NCBI GenBank assembly: GCA_963806225.1
Contig: CAWDXG010000004.1
Coordinates: 5,472,001-5,536,000, forward strand
Direction: 5' to 3'
Length of the DNA: 64,000 nucleotides
DNA from: an uncultured delta proteobacterium
Lineage (GTDB): Bacteria > Myxococcota_A > Polyangia > Polyangiales > Polyangiaceae
Shown here: positions 28,057-38,474 of the stretch, one piece after another
How the letters are laid out: each line of letters opens with the position of its first letter
Position numbering within the stretch: position 1 is the first letter of the stretch
The notes under the pieces: generated by a model
The model's database searches: none
Seen by the model: only the letters and a program-made list of their open reading frames with translations
Told to the model about the DNA's origin: nothing
Position numbers and translations under genes: made by a program

Positions 28057-28916
28057 GGAATGCGCCGCTGCCCGGGCCGGTCCTGAAGTGGGCCGGAGGC
28101 AAGACGCAGCTGCTCGACCGCATCCTCGCGCGCCTGCCCGAGCGCATCGAGACGTACTACGAACCGTTCGTGGGCGGCGCGGCGGTGTTCTTCGCGCTGG
28201 CGCGCGAGGGGCGCTTCCGGCGCGCCGCGCTCAGCGACCGGAATCCGGATCTGGTGGCCGTCTACCACGCCCTGCAGAAGGACGTGGAGGGCCTGATCGA
28301 GGTGCTCCAGGGCTACCGCTACTCCGAAGAGGAGTACTATCGCATCCGCGGAGAGAAGCCCCGCGCTCTCGTCAAGCGCGCCGCGCGCATCATCTATCTG
28401 AACAAGACCGGGTACAACGGCCTGTACCGCGTGAACAGCTCGGGGAAATTCAACGTGCCGTTTGGCCGCTACAAGAATCCGAACATCTGCGACGAGTCGC
28501 GCCTCAGGGCGGCGGCCGAGGCGCTGCGCGGAGTCAAGATCGTCGAGCGCGACTTCGAGAAAACGGTGCAGAAGGCGAAGCCGGGTGACGCGGTGTACTT
28601 CGACCCGCCGTACGTGCCCGTGTCGCGCACGTCCAACTTCACGGCCTACGCCCGCGACGGCTTCGGGATGGACGAGCACGAGCGGCTGGCCCGCGTGTTC
28701 GCCGAGGTGGCCGGGCGCGGCGTGCGCGTCGTGCTCTCCAACTCCGACACTCCCGAGACGCGCGATCTGTTCGACGAATTCGAACCCGAGCAGGTGCTGG
28801 TGAGCCGCATGATCAACTCGCGTATCACCGGCCGCGGACCCATCGGCGAGATCCTCGTCAGCGCGGGGCCCGAAACGGCGAAGCCGGCGAAGCGACGAGC
28901 TGGGCGGGCGCGCTGA
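28053..28916 (+). CDS. dam: Dam-family DNA adenine methyltransferase (D12 class), orphan
   Basis: LKWAGGK, YYEPFVGG, YLNKTGYNGLYRVN..G.FNVPFG, DPPY, LSNSD; ATGA overlap with the upstream gene. Confidence 0.88.
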   Translation: MRNAPLPGPVLKWAGGKTQLLDRILARLPERIETYYEPFVGGAAVFFALAREGRFRRAALSDRNPDLVAVYHALQKDVEGLIEVLQGYRYSEEEYYRIRGEKPRALVKRAARIIYLNKTGYNGLYRVNSSGKFNVPFGRYKNPNICDESRLRAAAEALRGVKIVERDFEKTVQKAKPGDAVYFDPPYVPVSRTSNFTAYARDGFGMDEHERLARVFAEVAGRGVRVVLSNSDTPETRDLFDEFEPEQVLVSRMINSRITGRGPIGEILVSAGPETAKPAKRRAGRAR

Positions 28917-29003
28917 GCAACGAAGCGCCCGCGTTGGCTGTACGCGCACAAAAGCGGCCGCAGACGACGATCCCAGTTTCGATATGGAATCTGGATTCTG
29001 ACT

Positions 29004-30026
29004 GTGCGCACGGTTGCCGCGGAGCACCGCTGGTTGTCGCACATCATGCGCGTGGGGCGCACATCAGGAGGGTTCCCGCAGTTTGCAGCGGGGCGTTGGC
29101 GGGCGGATGATTTCTTCGTGCGGGCGAGCTTCTCGAGGCGGGGCAGGATCGTCGCGTTGGCGAATGTCGCGTTCGCGGTCGCGTTGGCCGTAGCGACGAA
29201 TGGCTGCTCGCTCTGCTTTTCGCAACCCCCGGAGAATCCCCGGGACACCAGTTGCCACGCGTCTGCTGCGCTCTCGGCTGTTGATCTGGGGAGCAGCATG
29301 GCCGCTTCGATGCTGTTCATCAGCCCGCCCGGGGCTCGCGATAGCCAGGTCCGGCACGCGGCAAGGGTGCTTGCAGTAGGTACTGCGCTTGTCTTCGGAG
29401 TGTCCGCCGTCGGGGGCTTCGTGGCGCACTCGAAGTGCCAGGACGCAAGACGAGCTGCGAGAGGCGAGGCGCACTCGGCGCGCAACGACGAGGCTTCCAT
29501 GGACCGCGACCTCGCCGCGCTGCGACTTGCCAAGGCCGGCCCCGTTGGAGGCTGGGGCTTCGCGTTCGGGATGCCCCAAGGGCAGGCGCGTGCGGTGTGC
29601 GTGACGTCGGGCTACTGGGTGACGCCCGGGGCGGACGGATTCTGGTGTAGTGGCGTGCCGGGGCGCGCGCCTGTACCGGGCGTTTTTGTGCGAGTGCGGG
29701 CTTCCGGCGGGCGCGTTGGAAGTGTGGAGCTGGTGTCGCGCGCGGAGAACAGCCCCGCGTGGGCGTGGGTGAAGGCATTTGAAACGTATCACCGCGAGCT
29801 CCACGGCATGTGGCTGGATCCGGACGACGTGGACGTCGTGCAGCCGGACGAGTGCCGCAAGCGCGAAGCGTTCCTCGATTGTCTGCGTTCGGGCAGGGCG
29901 TACAAGCGCGAGACGTGGCGCTGGGCGGGGGGGCGTCGCGTGGTGCTCGAGCTCGGTGCGCGCCCGGGCGAGGGGGTTGCGATCCGCGTGCTGTACGACA
30001 GCGGGGTCTTCGCTCGGCCGCGCTGA
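29004..30026 (+). CDS. Hypothetical membrane/lipoprotein (true start probably downstream, ~29150)
   Basis: Hydrophobic stretch ending TNGC, second hydrophobic segment, soluble C-terminal domain; fills the gap between dam and the RCC1 gene. Confidence 0.45.
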   Translation: MRTVAAEHRWLSHIMRVGRTSGGFPQFAAGRWRADDFFVRASFSRRGRIVALANVAFAVALAVATNGCSLCFSQPPENPRDTSCHASAALSAVDLGSSMAASMLFISPPGARDSQVRHAARVLAVGTALVFGVSAVGGFVAHSKCQDARRAARGEAHSARNDEASMDRDLAALRLAKAGPVGGWGFAFGMPQGQARAVCVTSGYWVTPGADGFWCSGVPGRAPVPGVFVRVRASGGRVGSVELVSRAENSPAWAWVKAFETYHRELHGMWLDPDDVDVVQPDECRKREAFLDCLRSGRAYKRETWRWAGGRRVVLELGARPGEGVAIRVLYDSGVFARPR

Positions 30027-30030
30027 GGCG

Positions 30031-31278
30031 CTACCAGACAACCGGCGCCGGCACGAGGTGCGCGGAGGTGGTGCCGTCGCCGAGCTGGCCGTGTTCGTTG
30101 CGGCCCCAGCAGGTGAGGGCGCCGTCGTCGAGGGCCGCGCACGCCTGTCCGCCACCGAGCGCTATGGCGTGCGCGCCGGACAGCCGCGGCCCGGCCTCGG
30201 GGGCGGCGCGTGAAGCGGTGCTGCCATCGCCGAACTGGCCGTAGTCGCCGGAGCCCCAGCATCGGAGCGAGCCGTCGGCGATCAGTGCACAGCTGGCGAA
30301 GCCGGCGGAGAGCGCGACGACGCGCGAGAGCGGGAGCCGCACCGGCGCGTTGTGCTGCCGGCGGGTGCCGTCGCCGACGCCGTCGAAGTCGTAGCCCCAG
30401 GCGAGCACGCCGCCGTCGGCGAGCAGCGCGTAGCTGCGGAAGCGGCCGGCCGCGACGCCTATCGCTCCGGAGACGCCGGGCACCTGCGCGGGCAGCGCGT
30501 GGCTCTCTGCGGTGCCGTTCCCCAGCTGGCCCCAGAGACCGGAGCCCCAGCACTCGACCGTGCCGTCCTCGAGAGCCGCGCAGGTGTGGTCTTGTCCAGC
30601 CGCGATCGAGATGACCCCGGACAGTCCGACGACCGGAGCCGGGCGGCTCCGGCTCCGGGTGGTGCCGTCACCGAGCTCGCCGCTCTTGTTGTAGCCCCAG
30701 CAGCTGGCGCTGCCGTCGTCGAGAACCGCGCAGGTGTGATCGAGCCCGACCGAGATCGCGGTGGCGCCGGCGAGGCCCAGGACGCGGCTGGGCGGCGCGC
30801 TGTCCGAAGGCGTGCCGTTGCCGAGCTGACCGCCGAGGTTGTCACCCCAGCAGCTCGCACCGCCGTCGGCCAGCAGCGCGCAGGTGCTGAACGGTCCGCC
30901 GGCGAGGGCCGTTACGCCGTCCAGGTCTGGTACGAGCGTTGGAACGACGCTGAGCAGGCTGCCGTCGCCGCCGAGCTGGCCATAGCGGTTGTCGCCCCAG
31001 CACGCCACCCGGCCGCTGGACAGGAGCGCGCAGGTGCTGGTCTCGCCCGCCGTGACAGAAACGACACAGTGTGCGCTCGCGCACGATGAGCTTCCGGGCA
31101 GCGAGCCCGGGTTCCGCCCTGGTTCCGGTTCCGGCGGCTCCGTTCCCCGTGTGTCGGCTCCGGCTCCGCCGGTCAGCTCTGGCGGTCCACTCGTACCGGG
31201 TACGACTGAAGAAACGCGCTCGCTGCATGCGATGAGCACGAGGGCGAACGCGACGGGAAGGAGCCCCCCGATGCGCAT
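30031..31278 (-). CDS. RCC1-repeat (beta-propeller) lipoprotein
   Basis: Lipobox LIAC; about seven repeats of (H/S)TCAL..DG...CWG.N..GQLG.G. Confidence 0.88.
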   Translation of the reverse strand: MRIGGLLPVAFALVLIACSERVSSVVPGTSGPPELTGGAGADTRGTEPPEPEPGRNPGSLPGSSSCASAHCVVSVTAGETSTCALLSSGRVACWGDNRYGQLGGDGSLLSVVPTLVPDLDGVTALAGGPFSTCALLADGGASCWGDNLGGQLGNGTPSDSAPPSRVLGLAGATAISVGLDHTCAVLDDGSASCWGYNKSGELGDGTTRSRSRPAPVVGLSGVISIAAGQDHTCAALEDGTVECWGSGLWGQLGNGTAESHALPAQVPGVSGAIGVAAGRFRSYALLADGGVLAWGYDFDGVGDGTRRQHNAPVRLPLSRVVALSAGFASCALIADGSLRCWGSGDYGQFGDGSTASRAAPEAGPRLSGAHAIALGGGQACAALDDGALTCWGRNEHGQLGDGTTSAHLVPAPVVW

Positions 31279-31368
31279 GTCGGACAATGTCGTGACGCTC
31301 CATACATTCCGCAATGGCAACGCACATTTAGCGCGAATAGGCTGCCAGGACCCACCGCGCGAACGTCG

Positions 31369-33096
31369 TCAGGCGGCGTCGGCTTCGAGCTCGCGGAAGA
31401 GCGGACCGAGCTCGGGGCGCTCGCGCAGCGGGGCGCAGAAGCGGCTCGCAAGCTCGAGCAGCTCGGACTCCAGGGCGTCGGCGCGATTGCCCATCTCCGC
31501 GACGCGTTCTTGACATCGAGTGCGCTCCGTTTCGAGCGCTTCGGTCTGGCTGGCGAGCGCGGTGCGGAGCTCCTGGATCTGGAATTCCAGGTCGGCGACT
31601 TCGCTCTGCTTCTCGCGCAGGCGCTGTTCGGCGCGCTTCTCGTGCTCGCGCACGCCGGCCCACTTGTCGATGAGCTCGGCGGTGCGGCGATAGGCGGCGG
31701 ACAGCTCGGCGTAGGGTTCGGCGAAGGCGGAGCGGCCCTCCCAGAACAGGATGTTCGCGTGCGATTTCTTCACTTCGCCGAGCCTCGCGTCGACTTCGAC
31801 GCCGAGCGCGGCGGCCGCGGCCACGGCGGCCTTGAGCTCGTCGCGCGCGCGGCTGGCGTCGATGCCGAGCGCATCGACGGCGTGTCCAAAGCGCTGGCGG
31901 CAGTCGCGTTCGCGCTGCTCGACGCTCTCCAGCTTGCGCTGCTCGTTCACGCTCGTGTTCCTGAGCGTGGAGACCTCCTGGACCAGCGCTTTGACCTGTT
32001 CAAGCAGCTTGCCGAGCTCGTCGGGGCGGCTGCCGGCGTAGGCGGTCTGCAGCATCAGGTCGAACACGGCCGTGCGCCGGACCCAGCGGTCGATCGCCAC
32101 CGGCGGGAGGGTCTTCGCCGGCTGTCGGGAGCTCTCGACGGCGACGGTGGGATCCCCGGGCACGCGGGCGCCGATGGCTCCGGCGATGGAGCAGAGGTCG
32201 TTGTGCAGGCGGTGCGCGTCCACGGGGCGATCCGCCGGATCCTTCTCCATGAGCTCGAGCGCGAGCTTGTCGACGGGCTCGGGTATCGAGGGATCGATGG
32301 ACCGGAGCGAGGGCGGGTCCTCCTTCATGTGCTTGAGGAAGAAGCTCGCCACATCCTGCGCCTCGAAGGGCAGTCGCCCCGCGAGCATCTCGAACATGAT
32401 CACGCCGACGGAGTACAGATCCGCCGCCGGTCCGGCGTCGATCGAGGTGATCCGTTCGGGCGCCATGTACTGCGGCGTGCCGAACACCTCGCCGCTGCCC
32501 GTCAGCCGGCTGTCCTGGGTGGAGCGGGCGATGCCGAAGTCGAGCAACACGACCCTCGTGCTGCCGTCCGGCTGCCCCACGAGGAAGATGTTCTCCGGCT
32601 TCAGGTCGCGGTGGATGACTTCCAGGTCGTGGGCGCGCGCGAGCGCGCGGGAGATCTGGATCAGGATCGGCAGTGCCTGGTCCAGCGGCACGCGACCGCG
32701 GTCGAGCACGTCGGCGAGGGTCTCGCCTTCGAGCAGCTCCATGACCAGGTACATGCTGCCGTCGTCGGTGTCGCCCTGGTCGAAGATCTCGATGATGTTC
32801 GGGTGGGCGAGCTTCTGGGCGGACTTGGCTTCGCGGCGGAAGCGCTCGCGGATCACGTCGTTGCCCGTGAAGCTGTGGTTCATGATCTTCACGGCGCAGG
32901 GGCGGTCCACCAGCCGATGGCGGGCGCGGTAGACGGTGGCCATGCCCCCTTCGCCGATCACCTCTTCGATGAGATAGCGGCCCGCGATAGTGGTGCCGAT
33001 GCGCGGGTCCTGGATGTCGACCAGCGTCGCGCCGTCCAGAAAGCACGTGACGCTTTCGGTCGGGTACTTGAGGTTGCACTGCGGGCAGGCCTTCAT
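31369..33096 (-). CDS. Ser/Thr protein kinase with N-terminal zinc-ribbon-like motif and C-terminal coiled coil
   Basis: MKACPQC..TCFLDG; IGEGGMATVY, AVK, HRDLKPEN, DFG, GTPQYMAPE; no TM segment. Confidence 0.9.
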   Translation of the reverse strand: MKACPQCNLKYPTESVTCFLDGATLVDIQDPRIGTTIAGRYLIEEVIGEGGMATVYRARHRLVDRPCAVKIMNHSFTGNDVIRERFRREAKSAQKLAHPNIIEIFDQGDTDDGSMYLVMELLEGETLADVLDRGRVPLDQALPILIQISRALARAHDLEVIHRDLKPENIFLVGQPDGSTRVVLLDFGIARSTQDSRLTGSGEVFGTPQYMAPERITSIDAGPAADLYSVGVIMFEMLAGRLPFEAQDVASFFLKHMKEDPPSLRSIDPSIPEPVDKLALELMEKDPADRPVDAHRLHNDLCSIAGAIGARVPGDPTVAVESSRQPAKTLPPVAIDRWVRRTAVFDLMLQTAYAGSRPDELGKLLEQVKALVQEVSTLRNTSVNEQRKLESVEQRERDCRQRFGHAVDALGIDASRARDELKAAVAAAAALGVEVDARLGEVKKSHANILFWEGRSAFAEPYAELSAAYRRTAELIDKWAGVREHEKRAEQRLREKQSEVADLEFQIQELRTALASQTEALETERTRCQERVAEMGNRADALESELLELASRFCAPLRERPELGPLFRELEADAA

Positions 33097-33277
33097 CGTT
33101 CTGCCGGTCGGGCAGCGCCGCTCGGGGGCGGGGCGGGGCGGCAAGAATAGACGTTGTCCCGGCTGGACGCGACCGTCTCGGGTCCGTGGGGACACGTCAG
33201 CCATTTTTCCATCCCGGGGCGGTCGTGCTAAAGCCGGCCTGGACAGCGGCATCCAGGCCGCGGTCAGGTCTCGATTC

Positions 33278-34163
33278 GTGGCAGAAAAGGGCGTCAGGGT
33301 AGAGGTTCCGTCCCCGGGCCAGGACAGGCTCCGGCTCGGACGCGTGGGCATCATCGCTGCGGTCGGCTTCGTGATCGGCATGGTCTGGCCGCGCCTGGCC
33401 GGCGTGCACCTGGTGCCGAGCGCACCGGTGGAGGACGAGAGTCCCGCCGTCGCATCCGCCGCGCCCTCGGCTTCGGCGGCCATGAAGCCTTCCGCGCCGC
33501 CGGCGGCGAAGGTGACCCAAGCCGAGGTCAAGAAGAAGAAGCAGGAGCTCGACCAGCGCATCCACGTCCACGACGAGCAGGTGGTCACCAGCTGCGTGGA
33601 TTCCGACGGCCGGCGCCACGATCGACTGCGACGCGATCAAGTTCGGCGAAGTGGCGCGCCCCCGCATCCGCGCGCTGGCCGAGTGCGAGGCGGCCCAGGA
33701 CGAGAAGGGCACGCTCTCGATCGGCTTCGACGTGGATTTCGACAAGAAGCAGATCACCGACATCACCAGCGGCAGGAGCACGACGCTTTCCGGGCGTGCG
33801 GTGCGCGAGCTCCTGAAATGCGCGAAGAAGGAGTTCGAGGACGCGCCGCTCGACGGGATCGAGCACCGGTACTCGAGCTACTCTGTCTATTTTCTGGCCG
33901 ACCTCCTCGTACCGGGCCACAAGGAAAAGAAGGGCGAAGCCGAGACCGCTGCGCTCGGCGACGTGACCCAGGCGAACGGCAGCGCGACGGTGAGCTGGAG
34001 CGTGGCGCTGATCCGGGACGCGCCGAAGGACGGCAACAAGGTCGCGCGACTGCTGCGCGGGACGCGCGTCGTCGTGACTGGTCGCAAGGGCGACTGGTAT
34101 CGCGTGAAGTACGATGCCAAGGGCAACGAAGGCTGGGTCTACAAGTCCGCGATCGGGATGTAG
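33278..34163 (+). CDS. Membrane-anchored protein with C-terminal bacterial SH3 domain (apparent +1 frameshift near 33620)
   Basis: The N-terminal TM (VGIIAAVGFVIGMVWP) is in one frame; the SH3b-like end (ALIRDAP..G..VARL.RG..V.V..RKGDWYRV...EGWVY) is in the +1 frame. Confidence 0.65.
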
Positions 34164-34199
34164 CGAGCGCTGCCCGGCGCCGCGTGGTAGAAGGAAATC

Positions 34200-34619
34200 G
34201 TGGCCCGCAAGGTGACCTGGCCGGCACGACGCACCCGCCGCGAGGAGCAGCCCGCGAAGGCGGAGCCCCGGGAACCGTCTGCGACCGAAGGCAAGGGCGC
34301 AGCCGACAAGCAGGACGTCGTGCTGGTGCACGGCGTCACGCCGGACGGCCGCGGTCTGCAGGTGCTCCGGCAGCGCGACGATCAGGTGGAGACGGGCGCG
34401 CTCCGGCCGCTGGAGCAGGGCAAGCCGATCCAGGGCGAGGTCGTCAGCCTCGCGCCGCGCAAGGAGTTCCCGCTTCTGTGCGACGTGAAGGTCGAGGTGC
34501 CCGCGCCGGTAACCGAGCAGCCCGAGTCACGGCACTCGGGGCCCGCTCAGGTGGCGAGCGAGCGCTATCGAAAGAACTGGGACGCGATCTGGAAGAATCG
34601 CGACAAACGGCCGAACTGA
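34200..34619 (+). CDS. Hypothetical protein
   Basis: 139 aa with coding-like codon usage (DVVLVHG..LQVLRQR..GEVV..GPAQVASERYRKNWDAIW). Confidence 0.6.
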   Translation: MARKVTWPARRTRREEQPAKAEPREPSATEGKGAADKQDVVLVHGVTPDGRGLQVLRQRDDQVETGALRPLEQGKPIQGEVVSLAPRKEFPLLCDVKVEVPAPVTEQPESRHSGPAQVASERYRKNWDAIWKNRDKRPN

Positions 34620-34625
34620 CAGCGG

Positions 34626-36840
34626 CTACAGCGCGTCGAGCAGGCGCTTGACCTTGCTGCGGGCGATGGCGAACGTGGCGTTCACGCCGTCGACACGCGC
34701 GTAGTAGATGCTCACGTCGCGCCAGGAGTCGCCCTTGCCGACGTGCCACGTCGTCGTGATGGGCCGGCCGCCGTCGCTGGCCTCGAGCTCGACGCGGACG
34801 CCGAGTGTGGGCTTTTCGAGGCCCTCGGCGGGGCGCGCGGGGCCCACGTGCAGAGCCGCTTCGGCGCGCATCGACGACAGCGCGTCGGTGATCTGCTGGA
34901 TGGCCGCCGGCGAGAGCTGTGCGCTGCCGCCGCTCTGGACGTAGGCCGTGCCGCGCTTTTCGAGCACGACCTTGCCGTCGGGACCCTGGAGTGTGATGCG
35001 CGAGGCCGTGCCGGGCCGGACCACGAACTTCGAGCGGTCGAAGAGCAGGGTCTGGAGCGTCTCGACGGTGGAGCGCGGCAGCACGAACACGCCCTGGTCG
35101 CCCTTCATGCTCGCGAAGTTGCCGCCACTGGTAGGCGAGCCCACGACCAGCGTGTGCTGCTCGGTGCCGGCTTCCGCCTTCTCCAGGGTCAGCGCGACGC
35201 GGATCACGGGCTTGTCGAGCCCGAAGCTGCCGTCGTCGCGGTCGGCGACCCAGCGGTCGGCGGCGAGCGAGCCGAGCGCCTCGGCCAGATCGCTGGCAAG
35301 CCCCGCGTCCACGTCGAACCCGGAGGGCGAGGTGAGGTCGTAGCTGCCGGCGCCGGTGCGGACGAGCGCTTCATGCACGCTGCCCATGTGCAGATCGATG
35401 CGCCGAGAGCTCCGACGCGGAAAAATCGAGGAGCTGCCGCTTGCGCAGGAGCGAGGCGTCGGCGGTGAGCGCGCGCGCGGACTCCCGGTCGAGTTCGAGC
35501 ACCGCGCCGTCGTTCCTGCGCTGGACCGCAACGCTGCCGTCGGACGCCGGTTTGCCGAGCAGCACGGTTTCGGTGATGACCTTGGACTCGTTCTCGGCGG
35601 CGGACTTGAGCGTGATGTGCCCGGTGGGCGGCGAGAGCCGGAGCTTTTCGAGGTCGGGGCTTCCCACCAGCTTGCCGCGCACGGCGAGTAGCCGCTGGAT
35701 GCGCTTGTTGCCGGGCTCGAGATCCACGTCGGTCTGTTCGGGCGAGCGCATCAGAAAGCCCTTGTCCTTGCGCTCCAGCTCCAGCTTCTTCTTGCCCTGC
35801 ACGACGGCCAGGCTCTCGACCTCGTCCTGGTGCAGCGAGAACAGGCCGCGATCGATGAGCTGGGGAGCGGGCGTGGACAGCCCCTGCATGACGTTTTCTG
35901 GCACGCACGCGAAGGCGGGGTCCGGCTTTTCGCGCACCGCGACGATGTCGTTCTTGCTGTCGGGGCAGGGGCCGCCCACAGTGACGACGCCCGGTGGGTC
36001 CTGCTTGTCGCTCGGCCGCATCGTGACGCGGATGGTCTTCGCCCCGGCCTGCGCCTTGTGCGCCGATTTCGCGCTGATGAAATGGTCGGCCTTGGTGCGC
36101 GCGAACTGCAGCAGCACGCGGTCGAGCGCGGCGCGGCCCACTGCGAAGTCGTGCTGCATGCCGTCGAAGCGCCAGCCGTCCCAGCCCTTTGCGCGGCGCA
36201 GCTTGCGCGTGCCGCCCTCGCCCTCGAGCGTGAGGTGGGAGAGCTCGGTGGACATGTACGGCATCATCTGCCGCCCGCGCAGCTCGTCGGCGTTGATGGA
36301 GAGCGCCTTGACCAGGCCCTGCGCGGCGATCACCACGCCCGGGCGCGGCGCGTTCTGTCCGTCGACGCGCAGGTAGGCTGCGCCCTTGGGCGAGACGGCC
36401 GGCTTGCCGAGCTCCAGCTTGTAGTGGATGCGACCCATGGACAGCCGCACCACCATCCGCGGCGAATCGAGCCCGAAGGCCTTGTCGTCCACCTCGCCGG
36501 GTTTGATGCGGCGCACGGCGGTGGCGAACTGCAGCGCGCCGAGCAGCTTGTCGACGGCAAAGTCCTCGGCCTCGCCGTGGATGGGCTCGAGCATACGCCA
36601 GCCGGTGAGCCCCGCGTCGTCGGGTGGCTCGCGCTCGAGTACCAGCTTCTCCTTGCCGCTGCGGTCGATCTCGATGCGGTCGAGATCGTCCTGGCGCCAG
36701 GCGCCGAGCACGTTGTCCTGCCGCGCTTCCTTCTCGCTGGTGGTCACGTGCCCGGTCGTCACAACGACCGCGACGACCAGCCCCACAGCCACCACGGCGA
36801 GGGCGATGTTGACGACCTGGCGTCGCACGGCAGAGGCCAT
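34626..36840 (-). CDS. DUF4340 tandem-domain protein (apparent +1 frameshift near 35405)
   Basis: N-terminal TM; repeated FGLDxP / xGLxxP modules. The C-terminal third continues in the +1 frame (RRIDLHMGS...). Last gene of the Gld-type ABC operon. Confidence 0.7.
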
Positions 36841-38474
36841 CAGCTCTCGTCGTCCTCGTCGTCTTCGCGCCGGCGCGAGCGCTTCTCGGCGGCGCGCCGG
36901 CGCAGCAGGATGAACAAGCCGAGCAGCAGCCCGGCGCCGGGCATGTAGAGCAGCACGTAGTTGCGGACCTTGGCGATCGAGTCTTCGGTGAGGCTGAGGC
37001 CGATGTCGTGCGAGGGCTTCTCCGGTACGCTGACCAGGGTGGGGCGTGCCGCCAACCACGAGATGGCGTTTTCGACGAACAGTCGGTCGCCCAGCAGCGT
37101 GTTGTCGCGCCAGCTCTGCGACCAGGCGATGTTGACCGTGCCGACCACCACCAGGCGGGGGCCGTGGCTTTCCTTCGAGCCCTTGGGCTTCGGCAGCTCC
37201 GATGCCATCGCCACTGTGAAGGGGCCGCTCGGGTTGTCCGGGCCCTTCACCACGTCCTTGCCCTCGCTGACGAAGGGCCCGAGGTCGTCGATGCTGAAGG
37301 CGGACGGGCTGGAGGCTAGCAGCGCGTCGGGCGTGCCGGACGTGGTGGCCTTCAGGCTCTGCGCGTCCTCGACGAGCACGCGGAAGCGGGGCTTGCCGTC
37401 GTCGTCGAACAGCGCCTTGGTGATGGCGTGGCGCTTCGGAACGGCGAAGAAGTTCGCTCCGAGGCCGCTCGGCAGGCGGGCCGACGCGTCCTGTTCGATG
37501 ATGAAGTCGTTGTTGAAATGGATGCCGCCGAGCTCCGCGACGGGCTCGAGCCCGCTGGGGCGGATCTTGTTGTCGTCGTCCAGCACCGGATTGACGAGCA
37601 GCATCACGTTGCCGCCGCCCCCGAGGTAGTCGGCGACTTCCCTGGCGGTGCGCGCGGGCACGCGCTTCTGCGGGCCAGCCACGACCACGACGCGGCAGCC
37701 GCGGAAGCGGGGGCCGCGCGACGGAGCCAGCGTGTCGACCTCCCGGACCTTGTAGTTGCCCTTCTGCAGGCGGTAGTGCAGCTCGGCGAGGCCAGTCGGG
37801 CCGGCGGCTTCGATGGAGATCTCCTCGGTCCCCTTGGTGAAGCAGATCTCCGCCTGGTCGCGGTCGAGCACGTTGGCGATGCCCTCGGTCAGCGCCTGCT
37901 CCAGCTTCGGCCGCACCTTCCCGCTCTTGTCGCTGTACGACATCATGTCGTCGGTGGTGACGAACCAGTGGCGGCTGCCGCGCGCGATCACGATGCTGGC
38001 GTCGGTGACGACGCGGCCGTCTTCGGTCTTGCCGGCCTGGATGCCGTATTTCTTCTGGATGGCGAGGAACTCGGCGGGGTTCCGGTCGGGATCGATGAAG
38101 CGCGTGTCCAGCTCGCCCGTCTCGGCGCGGTAGGCGTCGAGCATGTGGTGGACGCTCTGCGTGAGGTTGTTGCTGGCGCTGAGCAGCACGATGACCTGCA
38201 CCGGATCGTGCAGCGAGTGCAGCGTCTGCACCGTGGCGCTCGACAGCGTGTACAGCCCCGCCTCGGTCCAGTCCCAGCGCTTGTAGAAGCGGGCGACCAG
38301 CACGTTGAGGCTGACCGCGATGAGGCCGGCGGCGATCACTCCGACGGCGGAGAGCGCCTTGAACGAGCGCGTGACGGAGCCGGCGGCGCGCTCACGGCGC
38401 TGCTTGTCGGCCCGCTTGGCCCGCTCGGCCCGCTCGGTCTTCCCGGGGCTGCGCTTCTTCCGCTTCGCGGCCAC
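36840..38474 (-). CDS. GldG-family ABC transporter auxiliary component
   Basis: RWDWTEAGLYTLSSAT, FIDPDRNP, VVVAGP, YLGGGGNVMLL, C-terminal TM; GTG start at 38474. Confidence 0.82.
   Translation of the reverse strand: MAAKRKKRSPGKTERAERAKRADKQRRERAAGSVTRSFKALSAVGVIAAGLIAVSLNVLVARFYKRWDWTEAGLYTLSSATVQTLHSLHDPVQVIVLLSASNNLTQSVHHMLDAYRAETGELDTRFIDPDRNPAEFLAIQKKYGIQAGKTEDGRVVTDASIVIARGSRHWFVTTDDMMSYSDKSGKVRPKLEQALTEGIANVLDRDQAEICFTKGTEEISIEAAGPTGLAELHYRLQKGNYKVREVDTLAPSRGPRFRGCRVVVVAGPQKRVPARTAREVADYLGGGGNVMLLVNPVLDDDNKIRPSGLEPVAELGGIHFNNDFIIEQDASARLPSGLGANFFAVPKRHAITKALFDDDGKPRFRVLVEDAQSLKATTSGTPDALLASSPSAFSIDDLGPFVSEGKDVVKGPDNPSGPFTVAMASELPKPKGSKESHGPRLVVVGTVNIAWSQSWRDNTLLGDRLFVENAISWLAARPTLVSVPEKPSHDIGLSLTEDSIAKVRNYVLLYMPGAGLLLGLFILLRRRAAEKRSRRREDDEDDES

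Noticed and set aside
28053..30026. Type II restriction-modification pair (dam + downstream ORF)
   Set aside because: The downstream ORF looks like a membrane/lipoprotein with no recognisable PD-(D/E)xK or HNH motif.
30031..31080. Recurring gccccagca motif about every 150 bp
   Set aside because: It is the reverse complement of the CWG codons in RCC1 protein repeats.
32990..34651. ORF-track 5' and 3' extensions (32990-34651, 21299-22939, 36840-39176, 48588-50312, 58893-60194)
   Set aside because: The extensions overlap neighbouring genes and lack motifs; starts were reassigned to where recognisable domains or signal peptides begin.
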